DNA of 64,000 nucleotides from Octopus sinensis (lineage: Eukaryota), in the NCBI RefSeq assembly GCF_006345805.1, contig NC_043004.1, positions 101,556,001 to 101,620,000 on the forward strand, read 5' to 3'. The first letter of the stretch is position 1. Each line of letters starts with the position of its first letter. The position numbers were made by a program, and so were the translations under genes. Shown in pieces: positions 14,057 to 27,949 of the stretch. Under the pieces are notes generated by a model, which saw nothing but the letters and a program-made list of their open reading frames with translations, was not told the origin of the DNA and made no database searches.

Positions 14057-14407
14057 TACATGTTCTTGTGTAGTCCCAGGGTGTCCAGTCATAACCATTT
14101 ATTCTTTAAAGGTATCTAGGACTACATTATCTAATATATCTTTATTTAAGATAATTAAGATGGTAGGGTATGATTTAAGGGATTTTGCAGCCATTTTTAG
14201 CAGACTGTGTGAACATGTAATGGCTCCCTTGATAGCTCAAGTACATCCATGTAGTTCGTATGCATGAACACGAATATGTAGCATGAGACCAATTCTTCAA
14301 TGCTTATTGGAATTAATTTCACATACAGGTTGCTCAACATTGCAGGGTAACTTGAGAAAACTGAAGGGCATTACACATACATATTATTACATATTACAAA
14401 AATACAT

Positions 14408-14803
14408 CTCTTTTACTCTTTTACTTGTTTCAGTCATTTGACTGCGGCCATGCTGGAGCACCGCCTTTAGTCGAGCAACTCGACTCCGGGACTTATTCTT
14501 TTGTAAGCCCAGTACTTATTCTATCGGTCTCTTTTGCCGAACCGCTAAGTAACGGGGACATAAACACACCAGTATCGGTTGTCAAGCAATGCTAGGGGGA
14601 CAAACACACATGCACACACATATATATATATACATATATACGACAGGCTTCTTTCAGTTTCCGTCAACCAAATCCACTCACAAGGCTTTGGTCGGCCCGA
14701 GGCTATAGTAGAAGACACTTGCCCAAGGTGCCACACAGTGGGACTGAACCCGGAACCATGTGGTAGGTAAGCAAGCTACTTACCACACAGCCACTCCTGT
14801 GCC
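14408..14803 (-). mobile_element. Family A SINE
   Basis: Full-length near-consensus copy. Confidence 0.9.
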
Positions 14804-15312
14804 TCATATAGATATGAACAATAGATATGAGCAATGTTTCCAGACACATGTGCAATGTGTACAATAAAAATTGTGTATAGGCAACACCCATCCATAAACA
14901 TTACCACATATACTCAAATGCAATATAAGTGCACACAGAAACATGTATACACACATATACACATGATACAAGCAATGCACAGAAGTAAATCTCTCTCACA
15001 TGTTAACTCACAAAGCAAACATATTATTTTTATTGAAATAATATATTTTAAATACCACTGTTGATGGAAAACAGTGGGCATGACTATACACTTCTGTGTA
15101 TGCACATAATTAACATACATTTATCTATCATGTTTACAATCCTTGTAAAAATGTCTCCACCTTTTTTACTGGTTTCAGTCATTAGACTGTAGCCACACGA
15201 GGATAACATTTTCAATTATATAAATCAGTACTCATTGTATTCATCTCTATTTATCAAGTGCTTAAGTTTGACAGAGTTATCTCACTTTTATATACTTAAA
15301 TACCTATTTCTG

Positions 15313-15536
15313 TACTACCCACAAGGGGCTAAACGCAGAGAGGACAAACAAGGACGGACAAACGGATTAAGTCGATTATATCGACCCAGTGTGTAACTGG
15401 TACTTATTTAATCGACCACGAAAGGATGAAAGGCAAAGTCGACCTCGGCAGAATTTGAACTCAGAATGTGAAGACAGACGAAATACCGCTAAGCATTCCG
15501 TCCGGCTTGCTAACGATTCTGCCAGCTCGCCGCCTT
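15313..15536 (-). mobile_element. SINE family B
   Basis: Reverse complement of the 48320 copy. Confidence 0.88.
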
Positions 15537-15756
15537 GTATACTTAAATACCAGAGTATTTACACCAATATACTCAAACACATAAGCTTCGACCCAATTTC
15601 TTTCCACCGAAAATTTTGCACATAACACACTTGTCACCTTGAGGCTATGGTGGAGGATACTTGCCCAAGATGTTGCACAGTGAGATCAAATTTGGAATAA
15701 ACTGGTCAGAAAGCAAAACTTTTAAACTGCACAATCATGCTTTTTTTTTTATTATT

Positions 15757-16127
15757 CTCTTTTACTTGTTTCAGTCATTTGACTGTGGCCATGCTGGAGC
15801 ACCGCCTTTAGTCGAGCAAATCGACCCCGGGACTTATTCTTTGTAAGCCTAGTACTTATTCTATCGGTGTCTTTTGCCGAACCGCTAAGTGACGTAAACA
15901 CACCAGCATCGGTTGTCAAGCAATGCTAGGGGGACAAACACACACACATATATATATACATATATACGACGGGCTTCTTTCAGTTTCCGTCTACCAAATC
16001 CACTCACAAGGCATTGGTCGGCCCGGGGCTATAGCAGAAGACACTTGCCCAAGATTCCACGCAGTGGGACTGAACCCGGAACCATGTGGTTGGTTAGCAA
16101 GCTACTTACCACACAGCCACTCCTGTG
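15757..16127 (-). mobile_element. Family A SINE
   Basis: Full-length near-consensus copy. Confidence 0.9.
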
Positions 16128-17067
16128 TCTAGTATTACAATTATTTTTTTAAAAAAAGAATTAAGCAGCAACTAAGGCAAACTATTGAGTTAATTTAAAA
16201 TTAGTCAAGTTAATAAAGTGATAAAACCTTGTACATTTAAATTCAAAGTGCATTTGGTGATATTTTTTTTTTTATTTCTGTAATGGCTAACACTCTTGCC
16301 AAATCAACAAAAGATGCTGGATTGATAACACAGAAAGATCAGGCTATTTCCTCCTGCTTTTCAAACTGTATTGTTTTCAAATCTGTATACAACTATACAA
16401 TGCACATGTGTGTCACATATTGTGCATATAGATGTGTATATATGCTAGTCTATGTATGCTTTTCTTTCAAGGTTCATAAATATATTATTTATCTATATGC
16501 CTCTCTTTAGCTAACAATTTGTTTCTCTACCTATGTGTGTGTGTGCGTCTTATATACAAAGACAAAGTATTGCATAACCTCACAGCTGTCTTTCATAACA
16601 GCGAAAACCTAGTTTTTAAAGTGTAGCAATGGGTAAAGATAGTGCTGCTGATAATAGGTGATGTAGTTAGAAGTGACATGACTGAATGGGAGTGCAGAAA
16701 GTGAAAGGGACATGTAAATAGATCAGCAGTGAGATGGGAAAGGCGCTCCTGGTAGTAGTAAAGGAGAGTAAGAAGCATAGGAGATGTACAAGTGATAACA
16801 TGCTCATTTTATATTGACGTTGTGTTATTATTCCAAAAATTATTTGTAAGTGGCTGGTTTCAATGTTCTTCTTGTAACAAATATTAACTAACTCTTCGCC
16901 AACATCAGTGCCAATGCAGTCACCAGGAAATAACAAGAGCAATGCCCCACCTTTGCCTACAGGAAAAATTGATTCAAATTTCTCAAAACAATTTCTTAGA
17001 TTCATTTGTTTACAAACTCGGCAAATCATGAGACCTAGATTCAATAGAAAAGGAATCATATATATAT

Positions 17068-17279
17068 ACTCTTTTTACTCTTTTACTTGTTTCAGTCATT
17101 TGACTGCGGCCATGCTGGAGCACTGCCTTTAGTCGAGCAAATCAACCCTGGGACTTATTCTTTGTAAGCCCAGTAGTTATTCTATCGGTCTCTTTTTGCC
17201 GAACCGCTAAGTGACAGGGATGTAAACACACCAGCATCGGTTGTCAAGCAATGCTAGGGGGACAAACACAGACACACAA

Positions 17280-17320
<41 letters not shown>

Positions 17321-17487
17321 AATACGACAGGCTTCTTTCAGTTTCCGTCTACCAAATCCACTCACAAGGCTTTGGTCAGCCCGGGGCTATAGCAGAAGAC
17401 ACTTGCCCAAGGTGCCACGCAGTGGGACTGAATCCGGAACCATGTGGTTGGTAAACAAGCTACTTACCACACAGCCACTCCTGCGCC
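17068..17487 (-). mobile_element. Family A SINE
   Basis: Full-length copy. Confidence 0.9.
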
Positions 17488-18020
17488 TATATATATATAT
17501 ATATATACACATATATATGGAAAGAAAGGAAGATTAGCACAGGAAATAATCAATTATGTATTGTTTTGTTTCTTCTGTTTGTTAATCAAACATGTACTCA
17601 CACAGAGTTACTTTCAGCTTCAAATATTTGGTTATGGCCATGTTAGGAAATCGATATGTGTGTATGCACATAAATGTGTGTGTGTGTGTGTGTATGTGTC
17701 ATCAATTACATGTTTTTCATGCTGGCATAGGTTGTGCATGTGTGTGTATATACGCATATATAGGGGTATCTTTGTTTCGACATCATGTGCTGATTGTAAA
17801 TAAACATCATTATTTAAGTGCTGTCATCCATCTGCAATCATTAGCAAAAAACGTGGTCTGCGCTAGAGAAAAATATTACTTTGCTTGGAAACTAGCGAGG
17901 ATTAGTGACATGGAACTGCATCTGCCCATAGAAATACCTCAATGAATTTCATCTATGCAAGCATGGGAAAGTAGGTGTTAAGATGACAATAATGATAATT
18001 CTCTCTCTCTCTCTCTGTCT

Positions 18021-18059
<39 letters not shown>

Positions 18060-18060
18060 G

Positions 18061-18472
18061 TCTTTTATTCTTTTACTTGTTTCAGTCAGTTGACTGCAAC
18101 CATGCTGGAGCACCACCTCAAGGGGTTTTAGTTGAGCAAACTGACCCCAGGACTTATTTTTAGTAAGCCTAGTATTTATTCTATCAGTCATTTTTGCCAA
18201 ACTGCTAAGTTACAGGGATGTATACACATCTACATTGATTGTCAAGTGATGGTAGGAGGATGGTGACAAACACAGACACAAACACACAAATATATACATA
18301 GATACATACACGACAGGCTTCTTTCAGTTTCCGTCTACCACATCCACTCACAAGGGTTTGGGTGACCCAAGGTTATAGTAGAAGACACTTGCCCAAGGGG
18401 CTACACAGTGGAACTGAATCCAGAACCATATGGTTGGGAAGCAAGCTTCTTACCACACAGCCATGCCTGCAC
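18061..18472 (-). mobile_element. Family A SINE (older, more diverged)
   Basis: Same architecture with more substitutions. Confidence 0.85.
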
Positions 18473-20005
18473 CTATATATATATATATATATATATATCT
18501 AAATAAAACTAATTTATATTGTACTAAAGCTAACAAGTCACAAAACTACATACTAGACACTTGGCCAAAGTGCCAAACAGCAAGATCTAAACAGGAATGG
18601 TGAGGCTGCAAAGGGAATTTCTGAAAAACACAGTTACAGCCAAAAACAAACATAAAAACTCAGATACCAAAAAAATCAAGTTGTTTGAAGTTCTGGCCTT
18701 ACATAAAGACATGAAACTTGCAAGGAAGTAAAACAGCTTCTATAAAAAATTGAAACTATGGTCACAAGACACCAAATGCCAAATATTATTTGTTTAGTTC
18801 TATTATCAGTCCTGACTGAGTAGACCTAAAATCAAAAGCATGCCCACCAAGATCATCCTGTCTTTCTTAGGCACCGTGTACCTCAATCTCCTTATCTAAT
18901 GAGTCCTTTCTGTTTCTTTTTCTTTTAAATGGTAGTGTATGGTTCAAGATTTGGCTACTATTTCGAGCAGAGTTGAGAGGTTAAGTACAGGCTCACAGAC
19001 ACAGAATCTCAGATTTATTGTGAGATGGGTGAGTGAAATGAAACTATGTGGGGTTCATACATATATCAAGTGCATCAGTAGCTATTAATAATCACCATTT
19101 TATTAATGTTCTGAATTCTTTTGGCTTTTATTTGTTGATGTTTGTATAGACTGCACATGTCTGGCTACCTATATTCATCTCATCACCATAGCAACTCTAT
19201 TAAAGCTATTGTAATTGTGTAATTGGAACAAAAGATGACATTCTTCATGATATATTTGGATGTCCTAAGCTATTAATATACATAATATATTAATTATAGC
19301 TTCATATGAGTTGGAAAATATCAAGGAATATTCAAACAGGAAGCAAAAGTTTGCAAAGATATACATTTGTATGTTATCTTAAAGAACAGTAAGAAGCTAT
19401 TGACAAATGCAAACAAATAAAGACTGACAAAGAAAAAACAACAACAAATACACAAAATGAAATCAGTTATGAAGATTCAGTGAGATGCTTGAAGTTCTAA
19501 AAAACTGAGGTTTTGTTTGTAGAATGAAGTAAAGTTGAGTTTGCAATCATACAACAACAGTCTAATGGTCAATTAGACCAATATTATAAATACTGCAGGA
19601 AAAATATCTTGAAACTAATTGCAAGTAGTATTCACCAGATATTTCATTAAAAACTATTATTATAAATTAACTCAATAAATCAACTTATACATGATCTTGG
19701 CATTGAGTTTGAGTCCACCTCACTTATGGCTAGTATTATATTTTCTTCTCCAATGTTGATGCAATCTATACAACAGACTACAATACATACTCTTTGAGTG
19801 GCAATTATATTTTATCTTCAAAATTAATCTACAAAATAATCTACTTGTGAGAATCAGAACATAGATGTAAATGTTTGCTTTCAAATTTATTTTGATATTT
19901 ACAAAATCCTTGGTTAATTTCTGATTAAAATACTGACTTCTGACTGACTGACTGTCTGTATATATAGTTACATCAACAACAAAGTGTAGTCATATGATTA
20001 CATCC

Positions 20006-21270
20006 TCAACCAAAAGTGAGTGAATAATAAATTGTATCCAACTCCTGCTGCAGGTGTGCAACATTGCTAAAGTTTTGTATTTTCTGTGAAACTTTCATAT
20101 CGTCTGCGTAGCTAGCAAGGGTGGCTATCTGGGCAGCTGAGGGCATATCTAAAAGGACCACTATGAAAAGCAGTGGTCCCAAGACAGTGCTCTGTGGAAC
20201 ACTACTCATTATTTGTCTTTCCTTTGAGGTGGCTCCATTGGCTACCACTGCCTGATTTCTATCTTTCAGAAAGTCATGTAACCACTCTCCAAGTTTTCCA
20301 GCTATGCCAAGATCATGCAGTTTGTGGCATATTTTGTACCATGATCAACTTTATCAATAGCTCTTGCAAAGTCAAGGTATATTACATCCACATTTGAGTT
20401 GTCGAGTGACTGCTTCAACATCCAGTCATAGTGCTGTAGGAGCTGTGTGAGGCAGCTCCTACCTGGTCGAAAACCATGCTGGATATCACTCAGCAAGTCG
20501 TTTTCTTCAAGGAATGTGATTAGTTTCCTCCTGACTATCCATGCCATGACTCTGCTGATGAGTGAAGTCAGAGAGATAGGCCAGTAATTTTTGGCATCTG
20601 CTCTACTTCCTCCTTTATGGATTGAGCATATTATTCCCTCCTTCAGTTTGCTTGGCAGCTTACCATTTGCAAGAAAACTCTGGAAGAGAATCTGCAGGGT
20701 TTTGCCAGGGCATGTTTGCAAGATTTGAGGAGGACTGCTGGGAAACCACCAGGATCAGCAGTTGAGTTTGAGTCCACCTTACTTATGGCTAGTATTATAT
20801 TTTCTTCTCCAATGTTGATGCTATCTATCACAACTGCCTCCCTGGTTATAGGTGGCAAACAAATCCACTGGTTCCTTAACTTGTCTGCGTTTCAACAGGG
20901 TAGTAAAGACACTTTTGAACTGGACATTCATTACTTCACTGATCCTGGTTGGGTTATCTGTGAGGGAGCCGTCCTTCTGGAAGAGGGGTCCTATTTTGCA
21001 ATGCACTGACGCCATTTTTTTGGTATAATGAAAGAAAGCCTTTGGGTTTGATTTTTTTATAACCCAGGCTTCTTTGTCTGTTCTCTTGTTCACATAGGAT
21101 TGTTGCAGACTTTTTTCAATCTCCATCAGTGTTGTTTTTAGGTAGGATCTTTCACTACTTTTGAGATGTTGGTTGAAGCGATTTGCAACCTTTATCTGTC
21201 ATCTCATGAGGATCTTCCTCTCCCTTGGAATCTCGTTCCTTTTTAGTTACATCATGAATCACAAGGTATT
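20006..21270 (-). mobile_element. Decayed CR1/L2/Jockey-group LINE ORF2 fragment (reverse transcriptase)
   Basis: KLKEGIICSIHKGGSRADAKNYWPISLTS...QHGFRPGRSCLTQLL...VDVIYLDFARAIDKVDHG and SSVPQSTVLGPLLF...SYADDMK, with frameshifts. Confidence 0.9.
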
Positions 21271-21749
21271 ACTGGTAAATTTCGTCATAGGATTAGAAGA
21301 AATGCAAAGTCAACTCTTGTTAAACAATTAGATATCACATAAAAGGCCCCACAGATATAATGGCCATGTGCTTAGCATCAGTTCATGAGTTCAAAATTTG
21401 CTACAGCCAATTGTGTCTGCACCACTTAGAAGAGACACTTCGTTTCATTGGATTCAACCTACTTCACTGATGACAAACACCACTCTGACTTCAGAGTAAA
21501 CATGCAGGGAGAAAATTCTAAAAGTGTAAGAAATTTCTAAATTAACTTAAACCAGACAAATATATACATATATATATTTGGCATTAGGAAGGGTATCCAG
21601 CCATAGAAACCAATCCAAATCAGATTGGGATCTGGTGCAGCTCCCCAGCTTATCAGTTTTCAGTCAAACTGTCCAGCCCATGCCAACATGAATGTTAAAT
21701 GATGATGAACATGCCAGCAGATGTTAAATGATGACACACACACACACAC

Positions 21750-21892
21750 ACAGAGGTGAGCACATAAGTGCAAAACAAGGTGGGAAAAATAGTACTCAAA
21801 TACCAAAGGTAGAGTGATATGCTTTCATTAAAGCTGCATGATTATCACAAAACTGTTACTCAGAGTTTCATGTTCCTGTTCGTCAGACAGCG
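21750..21892 (-). mobile_element. Short Penelope-like-element-derived repeat carrying a hammerhead motif
   Basis: Sequence differs from the flanking microsatellites and ends in the hammerhead motif. Minimal type I hammerheads are characteristic of PLE pLTRs. Family assignment is inference. Confidence 0.55.
21853..21890 (-). ncRNA. Minimal type I hammerhead ribozyme motif
   Basis: Minus: CTGT-CTGACGA-ACAGGAACAT-GAAA-CTCTGA-GTA-ACAG. Stem I CTGT/ACAG, intact catalytic core, palindromic stem III ACTC-T-GAGT, GUA cleavage triplet; stem II weakened. Confidence 0.75.
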
Positions 21893-23469
21893 CATGTGTG
21901 TGTATAAAATTATAAAACATATAAGTAAAAATAAACATGGAAAGTAAAAATAAAATTTCACTACTAAATCACTTCTATTTGCATACTTAAAAAATGCTCC
22001 TCATATTCAGAACAGCTCCAGTAATTAGGGGCACCAAATCACCAATTTAAATGTAGACAGGGAGGTCAGTGTGGAGGATGAGAGAGTAGGGGTTATTCAG
22101 ATTACATCATCTGAATGCGCAACTGAACATTTAAATAGAACTTCTTTTCTTGAAGAGAAACATTTATGTTCAAAGATCAGCAGAGAGAGTTGACATTGTG
22201 ATCAGGTGTTTCATGTTTGGAAGTAGAGAGAGAGAGAGAGAAAGAGAGACAGACAGACACACACAAACAAACAAATATGTGACACATTTAGCTGATAACA
22301 GTTGTCAATCAAGTTTGGCCAAGCCTTAGTAGCTGCAAGAAAGAAAGTGACTAATTACACATACACTTCCACACGACCAAATATTTCATGTATGTGTGTG
22401 TGTGTGTGTGTGTGTGTGCGTACACATAGCAGAGTCTTAAGGACTGGAGTATTAAATAGCCATGTTTTAACCAGATATGAGAAGCAGGAAGTGAGACCCC
22501 CCCATACCTCTATTCCACTGGAAAGAACTGAATACCATAAATGGAAGAAAAAGTAACTGAGGAAGAGGCAGATTGAAATAAAAAAAAAATAAATAAATAA
22601 AGTTACAACAACTACTGAGTTAAATCAATAATTTCTGCAACTAATAATTTTTCTCCAAGATACAATACATGAAAGGAAAGGAAGAGTTGTGTGAGATGAG
22701 GTTCAGCCATTTGCTAACAGCGATCAAGCCTCGTTTTTTAGATAGGTCAAAGTGTAAGGTCATTCCTTTCCCACTAGAGATATTATTAATGTAGTAATGA
22801 TAATGAGTTGATAACTCCATAAGTAAATTACTTGTCAATAAATAATAATGATTTCTTTTATTGGCCACAAAGGCTAAAAGTACTAGGGACAATATACTAA
22901 TGAAATACGGAATAAAACAAACAGAAACACTGGGGAATTAACATTAAGTAAAAGGTTATGCTATGTAAAAGGATTTTCTACAAGCTGATGTGCTTCCTAT
23001 CACCAACCTCCACCTGCTTCCAAGCAACATAATATTCTTCATGACCAAACATATTTTCACAGAAGATTAGAAATGAAGGATATCACATTCATTTGCAACC
23101 ATCACATGAAGTCAAGGTAAGGAGACAGCAAAACACACACACACACATAAGACACTTGCTTAAGGTACCATGCAGTGGGACTGAACCTGAGATCAAGTGG
23201 CAGGAAAGCAAACTTCTTACCACACAGCCACATTATGCACCCATTATGAATAAATAGATAATAGCAATGACAATATAGAACAAAACCACACACAAAAAAA
23301 ATGGATCCTGTATAATGAAGGTGGAAGGAGAACCATATATAGTGCTTGAGGACATTCTATACATAACTTCAAAGTACAATGACACACCAAACACACCACT
23401 CTTCTACTTCTTATTGCCAGCCAGTGGTTGCATAATAAGAGTAGGTCCATTTAAACATACTAATTTCAT

Positions 23470-24260
23470 CACATTTACTGGAGGGTAGCATCTGCCTCTC
23501 TGTCTTTATCCTCAAACCTTTCAACTGCATCCACCAGACAGCTTCTTCTGTTAAGGCCACTGAACAGAGCTGGACTACCCACTCTTCTTAGCCAAAAGAA
23601 GTGATGAGTTAGTCCCACATGAACCAACAAATCAATAATGCATAGACACTGAACTGAGTCTCTGCCAGACAGTTTTGTCATCCTATACATCTCACGCAAG
23701 TTTGATTCCTAGTGGCCCCAGCACAACTCTGCCGGCAAAATTTAACCCAAACAGAATACTTCCTTTGTTGCACTGTCAGAGCAAGGACTTTTGCAGATCT
23801 TCCATAATCCCCAACCTGAAAAGTCATTCAGAACAGAGTACTCAGAATGTCTTTGATGATACTCAGAACCACTCCTAGGACATTGTTACGTATGTCCTTT
23901 ACTAATCCTCTATAGAATTCAAGGGTTGACCTTCTACTAACAACATTGTCTAGCTGTTGGAGAACATTGAGCACCTGGTGACATTCCAGGTGTCAAACAC
24001 CTAACTTTAAGTTTGCACTTAATCCAGGACAGTAGAGATGAGTGTAGGGAGACAATGCACAAATGATGACCATACCAGTTCACTGTTATTATCATCCAAG
24101 AATCTCTGAAGATATTAAGTTGATAAATCTCCTGATAAGTGGAACCTGTCCCTTCTAAATGAAGCAAAAAAGCAAACATTCCAGGCTGATCAGATGTTTT
24201 CTGTGACAAAAAACAACAACCGGAAAGTGGTATACCTCTAGACCCTAGGTCTAGCAATAG
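23470..24260 (-). mobile_element. Possible very old LINE (endonuclease-region) fossil
   Basis: Only a KLKV..TWNV-like stretch near 24000 and higher GC than the flanks; weak. Confidence 0.2.
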
Positions 24261-27200
24261 ACATCATCTGCACATACAAATACAGATACAGCTCTCTTGT
24301 ATCACAGTTTAAGTGGGATGCCTGTCAAGCCTATCCAGCCTCTGCAGCTAAGGATTCAGTGCAGAAACATAGAGAAGAGTGGGTATCTTTGGTAGATTGC
24401 CAATCCACTGCCACAGACATATTTTTTTAACGATTCACATAGGATAATAGGTAAAGCTAATATCAGTGGAATTTGAACTCAGAGTGCAGAGAGTTGGAAC
24501 AAATAGTGTAATACAGTCTATCCTATACTATAATAACACTGAAATTACATTAACAACCAAAAAACAGAAACACACTATTAGAATATGAGAAACCAAGTGG
24601 TGGTCAAAGAAAAGTTTAATAATTTTTGTAAAAATGATCACATACTGTTGGGATTCAGTCATTATGTTTTTACTGTCAACTGTAAATCATTGTTGGCCAA
24701 TATTATAGTAAAGATTGTATTTTTTTTTTTATTAATCTAACTTGTTTTTCTCTTTAGTGTATTTCCACTTTTTTAGAAAGAGTCATGGTGAAGGAAATAA
24801 ACAGTGGGTCTGGTGAGTGTGTATGTAATTTAGGTTATGAAGGTAGTAGTTGGTCTCCACACCTAAAATATTTGAAGGTGGCAAACAATGCTCTTTACTC
24901 ATCTCTTTTGGATGTAAATCTTTTGTTTCATTTCACTGTTGTGCTATTCACATTTTAGTCTTTACCACTTTACTTCCAACTGATGAATTGAAAACATGTA
25001 AAGGAGGATATGAGCCAAGCTGCTGTGAGTTTACATGTCTTATATATAAAAAAAAACATTTTTGTTATTGTTGCCTAAAACTGTACCACAAATTTTTAAA
25101 TAAAAAATTGTCCTTTTTATGTTCCAACACTCATTCCTCAATACTTTAAATATTTATATTTTCATTTTCTCGACTTTGAATGCCCACTGGTCATTTGGTT
25201 GAGCTTCGCTCAAATGTTAAACTCTGCATGATTAATGCTTACTTGCACACTATAAAAGTCTCAGAGCAAACATCCACTAACAAAATGACATATACAATAA
25301 ATTATCTATCCACAGGTCTCCCTACTGAGCTCAAGTGTACAAGTTTCTTATAAGAATGAAATAGAATACAGGATACTCAACACTATTAAACATAAACTGC
25401 ACATACTACAGATATATTCATGACACACAAACTACAGATATAGTGATATCTAATAATTAAAAACATTAACTATTTAAGTGACTTAAAAGAAGATTGAAAT
25501 TAATTCACTATTAAAATTCATTAAAGAAATAGGCAAATAAAAATAAACCTAATTTTTAGTCAAGAGTAAATACATTACATCAGTTATTCAAAGAAAGGGC
25601 ATATATGTGGTTGTTCAGCTTGCAAGAAATAACCCTACTGTTTTTAAGAAGAAAAAAAAGCAAAAAAAAAAAACCCCAAAAAACACTTGATAATGTATCC
25701 CATAGCTTTAAAAAAGATGGTATTATTATGGACAGGACACTTTTAATCATAGATCTTTTCAATTATGATTGACATGGTGCTAAACAACAACAAACATCAC
25801 AGTAGCATAACTCTTACGAAAAGTATTACTAAGCTTTACTATCCTATGGCATCACATTTAGAAAGTAGTAACTTACATGAACACAAAATAAATGGTTTCA
25901 ACCCCAATAAAGTAGACAACAGATTCATACTTTACTGCAAGGACAATAATAAAGCAATCACTGAACCCAATGGAAGTATTTTAATGACAATACTTTTACA
26001 ATAAATGCACTGAATTTAGTTATTATAGATGATTAAGTCAAAACCAGGGCACATCATTCCCTTAATATGTATAACAATATTACGGAAGATTTGGAAAGTT
26101 ATTGCTTCCTATAATATTCTTCTGCCTTGGGGGTAAAAAGTACAATTTGAAGGTGGTGCACCAAAATGGTCTTCATTATGATGGCTCGCGGAAATTTAAA
26201 AAAAAACTTCGGACATTATAGTCTTATCTACATTATATATGAGGGCAAAAACAAAAAAAGATGGATTGCCATGGCTTGAAAACATTTAGCCAGATCCTGA
26301 TCAAGGCTAACCAACAGCTAAATGCCAACATGTACATCATCAACACCTGAACATACTGAAACAAGAATAGAAGAAATAAAAGTCACAACCGCACCTGATA
26401 TCAGCCTCCTTTACATAGGGGTAACTGATGAAGTATATGAATTTACTTGCCCATACAACAAATACCAACATTAGAGAAATCTGCCAACAACTCAACAGTT
26501 TGAGTATCATATTTTCATAGATACAAAACGATATTCGATAAAATAAGAACTAGAAGGCAGTACAGAAATTCTCAGTTAAATCATGGTTGGCCAATGGTAG
26601 AAGATTGCGAAAAACACCATGATTCAAATGATAAATTTTGTACTGAACAGACAGGCAGTAAGTAGAATGGAAGCTCCGGCTTTATGACAACACCAGAAGA
26701 CAAAAATGCAGGTAAAAATTTAAAACTAAGTATTTAGAATGAATACTTGAATACTGAACACTTGAAAGGAAGACATTTGGAAAATAGTGGTATATTCGAT
26801 GATATAAAATACTATACGTGGAATGCATAATTAAAGAGATATTTCATGTGGTGGTGCCACAGCATGGCCACAGTCAAACGATTGAAATAAGTAAAAAAAA
26901 AAATTAAATAAAGAATACTCATATCCTATGTAGCATGCAACAGATAAATAAATAGTTTCTAAAGCAAGCCTGAAAAACAATAAAACATTCCACAGTCACA
27001 TTGTCAGCTTGCTGTGAAAGATATGCAATACATTTGTAGATACTTTGTGGGAGTGGTGTACATAGATTAGAGTAAGGGTGTGGTATATAAAGCTCCTAGC
27101 TTACCCCACTGAACAAAGGATACTGAACAATGTACAATGTCCAAGAGATGAGACATTTTGAGAGGATCCTTTATTAACTAGGTTAACACAAGTTATACTT

Positions 27201-27501
27201 ACTAGCAGCATCTGACAAACACACCTTGAAAATACATATCCGGATTGCTACACTACAAATGCATGTCAAAATATGCAGAAAGGTTGCTAACAAGATATAG
27301 GCTTGATTTATTGGAGGCTACAGATTTGTGGGTTGCCTTTTGTTGTTTGACTGATTACCTGTTGGATGAAGGTCTGCTTGAATAGGGCTGATGTTGACCA
27401 AGGGCTAAACGACAACGAACATACTTCAGAAAAAAAAGGAGGGGGGGGGACTGGACCATCATCACATAAAACAAAGAAATATGGAAAAAAAAAACAAAAC
27501 A

Positions 27502-27906
27502 GCGCAGGAGTGGCTGTGTGGTAAGTAGCTTGCTTACCAACCACATGGTTTCTGGTTCATTCCCACTGCATGGCACCTTGGGCAAGTGTCTTCTACTATA
27601 ACCTCGGGCTGACCAAAGTCTTGTGAGTGGATTTGGTAGATGGAAACTGAAAGAAGCCCGTCGTATATATGTATATATATGTATGTGTGTGTATATGTTT
27701 GTGCGTCTGTGTTTGTCCCCCAACATTGCTTGACAAACCGATGGTGGTGTATCTACATCCCCGTAACTTAGCGGTTCTGCAAAAGAGACTGATAGAATAA
27801 GTACTAGGCTTAGAAAGAACAAGTCCTGGGGTTGATTTGCTCGACTAAAGGTGGTGCTCCAGCATGGCCACAGTCAAATGACTGAAACAAGTAAAAGAGT
27901 AAAAGA
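27502..27906 (+). mobile_element. Family A SINE
   Basis: Full-length copy ending aagagtaaaagaa. Confidence 0.9.
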
Positions 27907-27949
27907 ACAATGAATAACTCTTGCAGTGACCAAAGTGAGGAAGCAATGG

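Noticed and set aside
15913-16152. Recurrent ORFs such as MLGGQTHTH... and MSSNARGTNT...
   Set aside because: Occur in every family A SINE copy; repeat-derived.
24975-25004. CTGATGA-ATT-GAAA-ACAT-GTA
   Set aside because: No stem II possible in 3 nt and no stem I; chance match.
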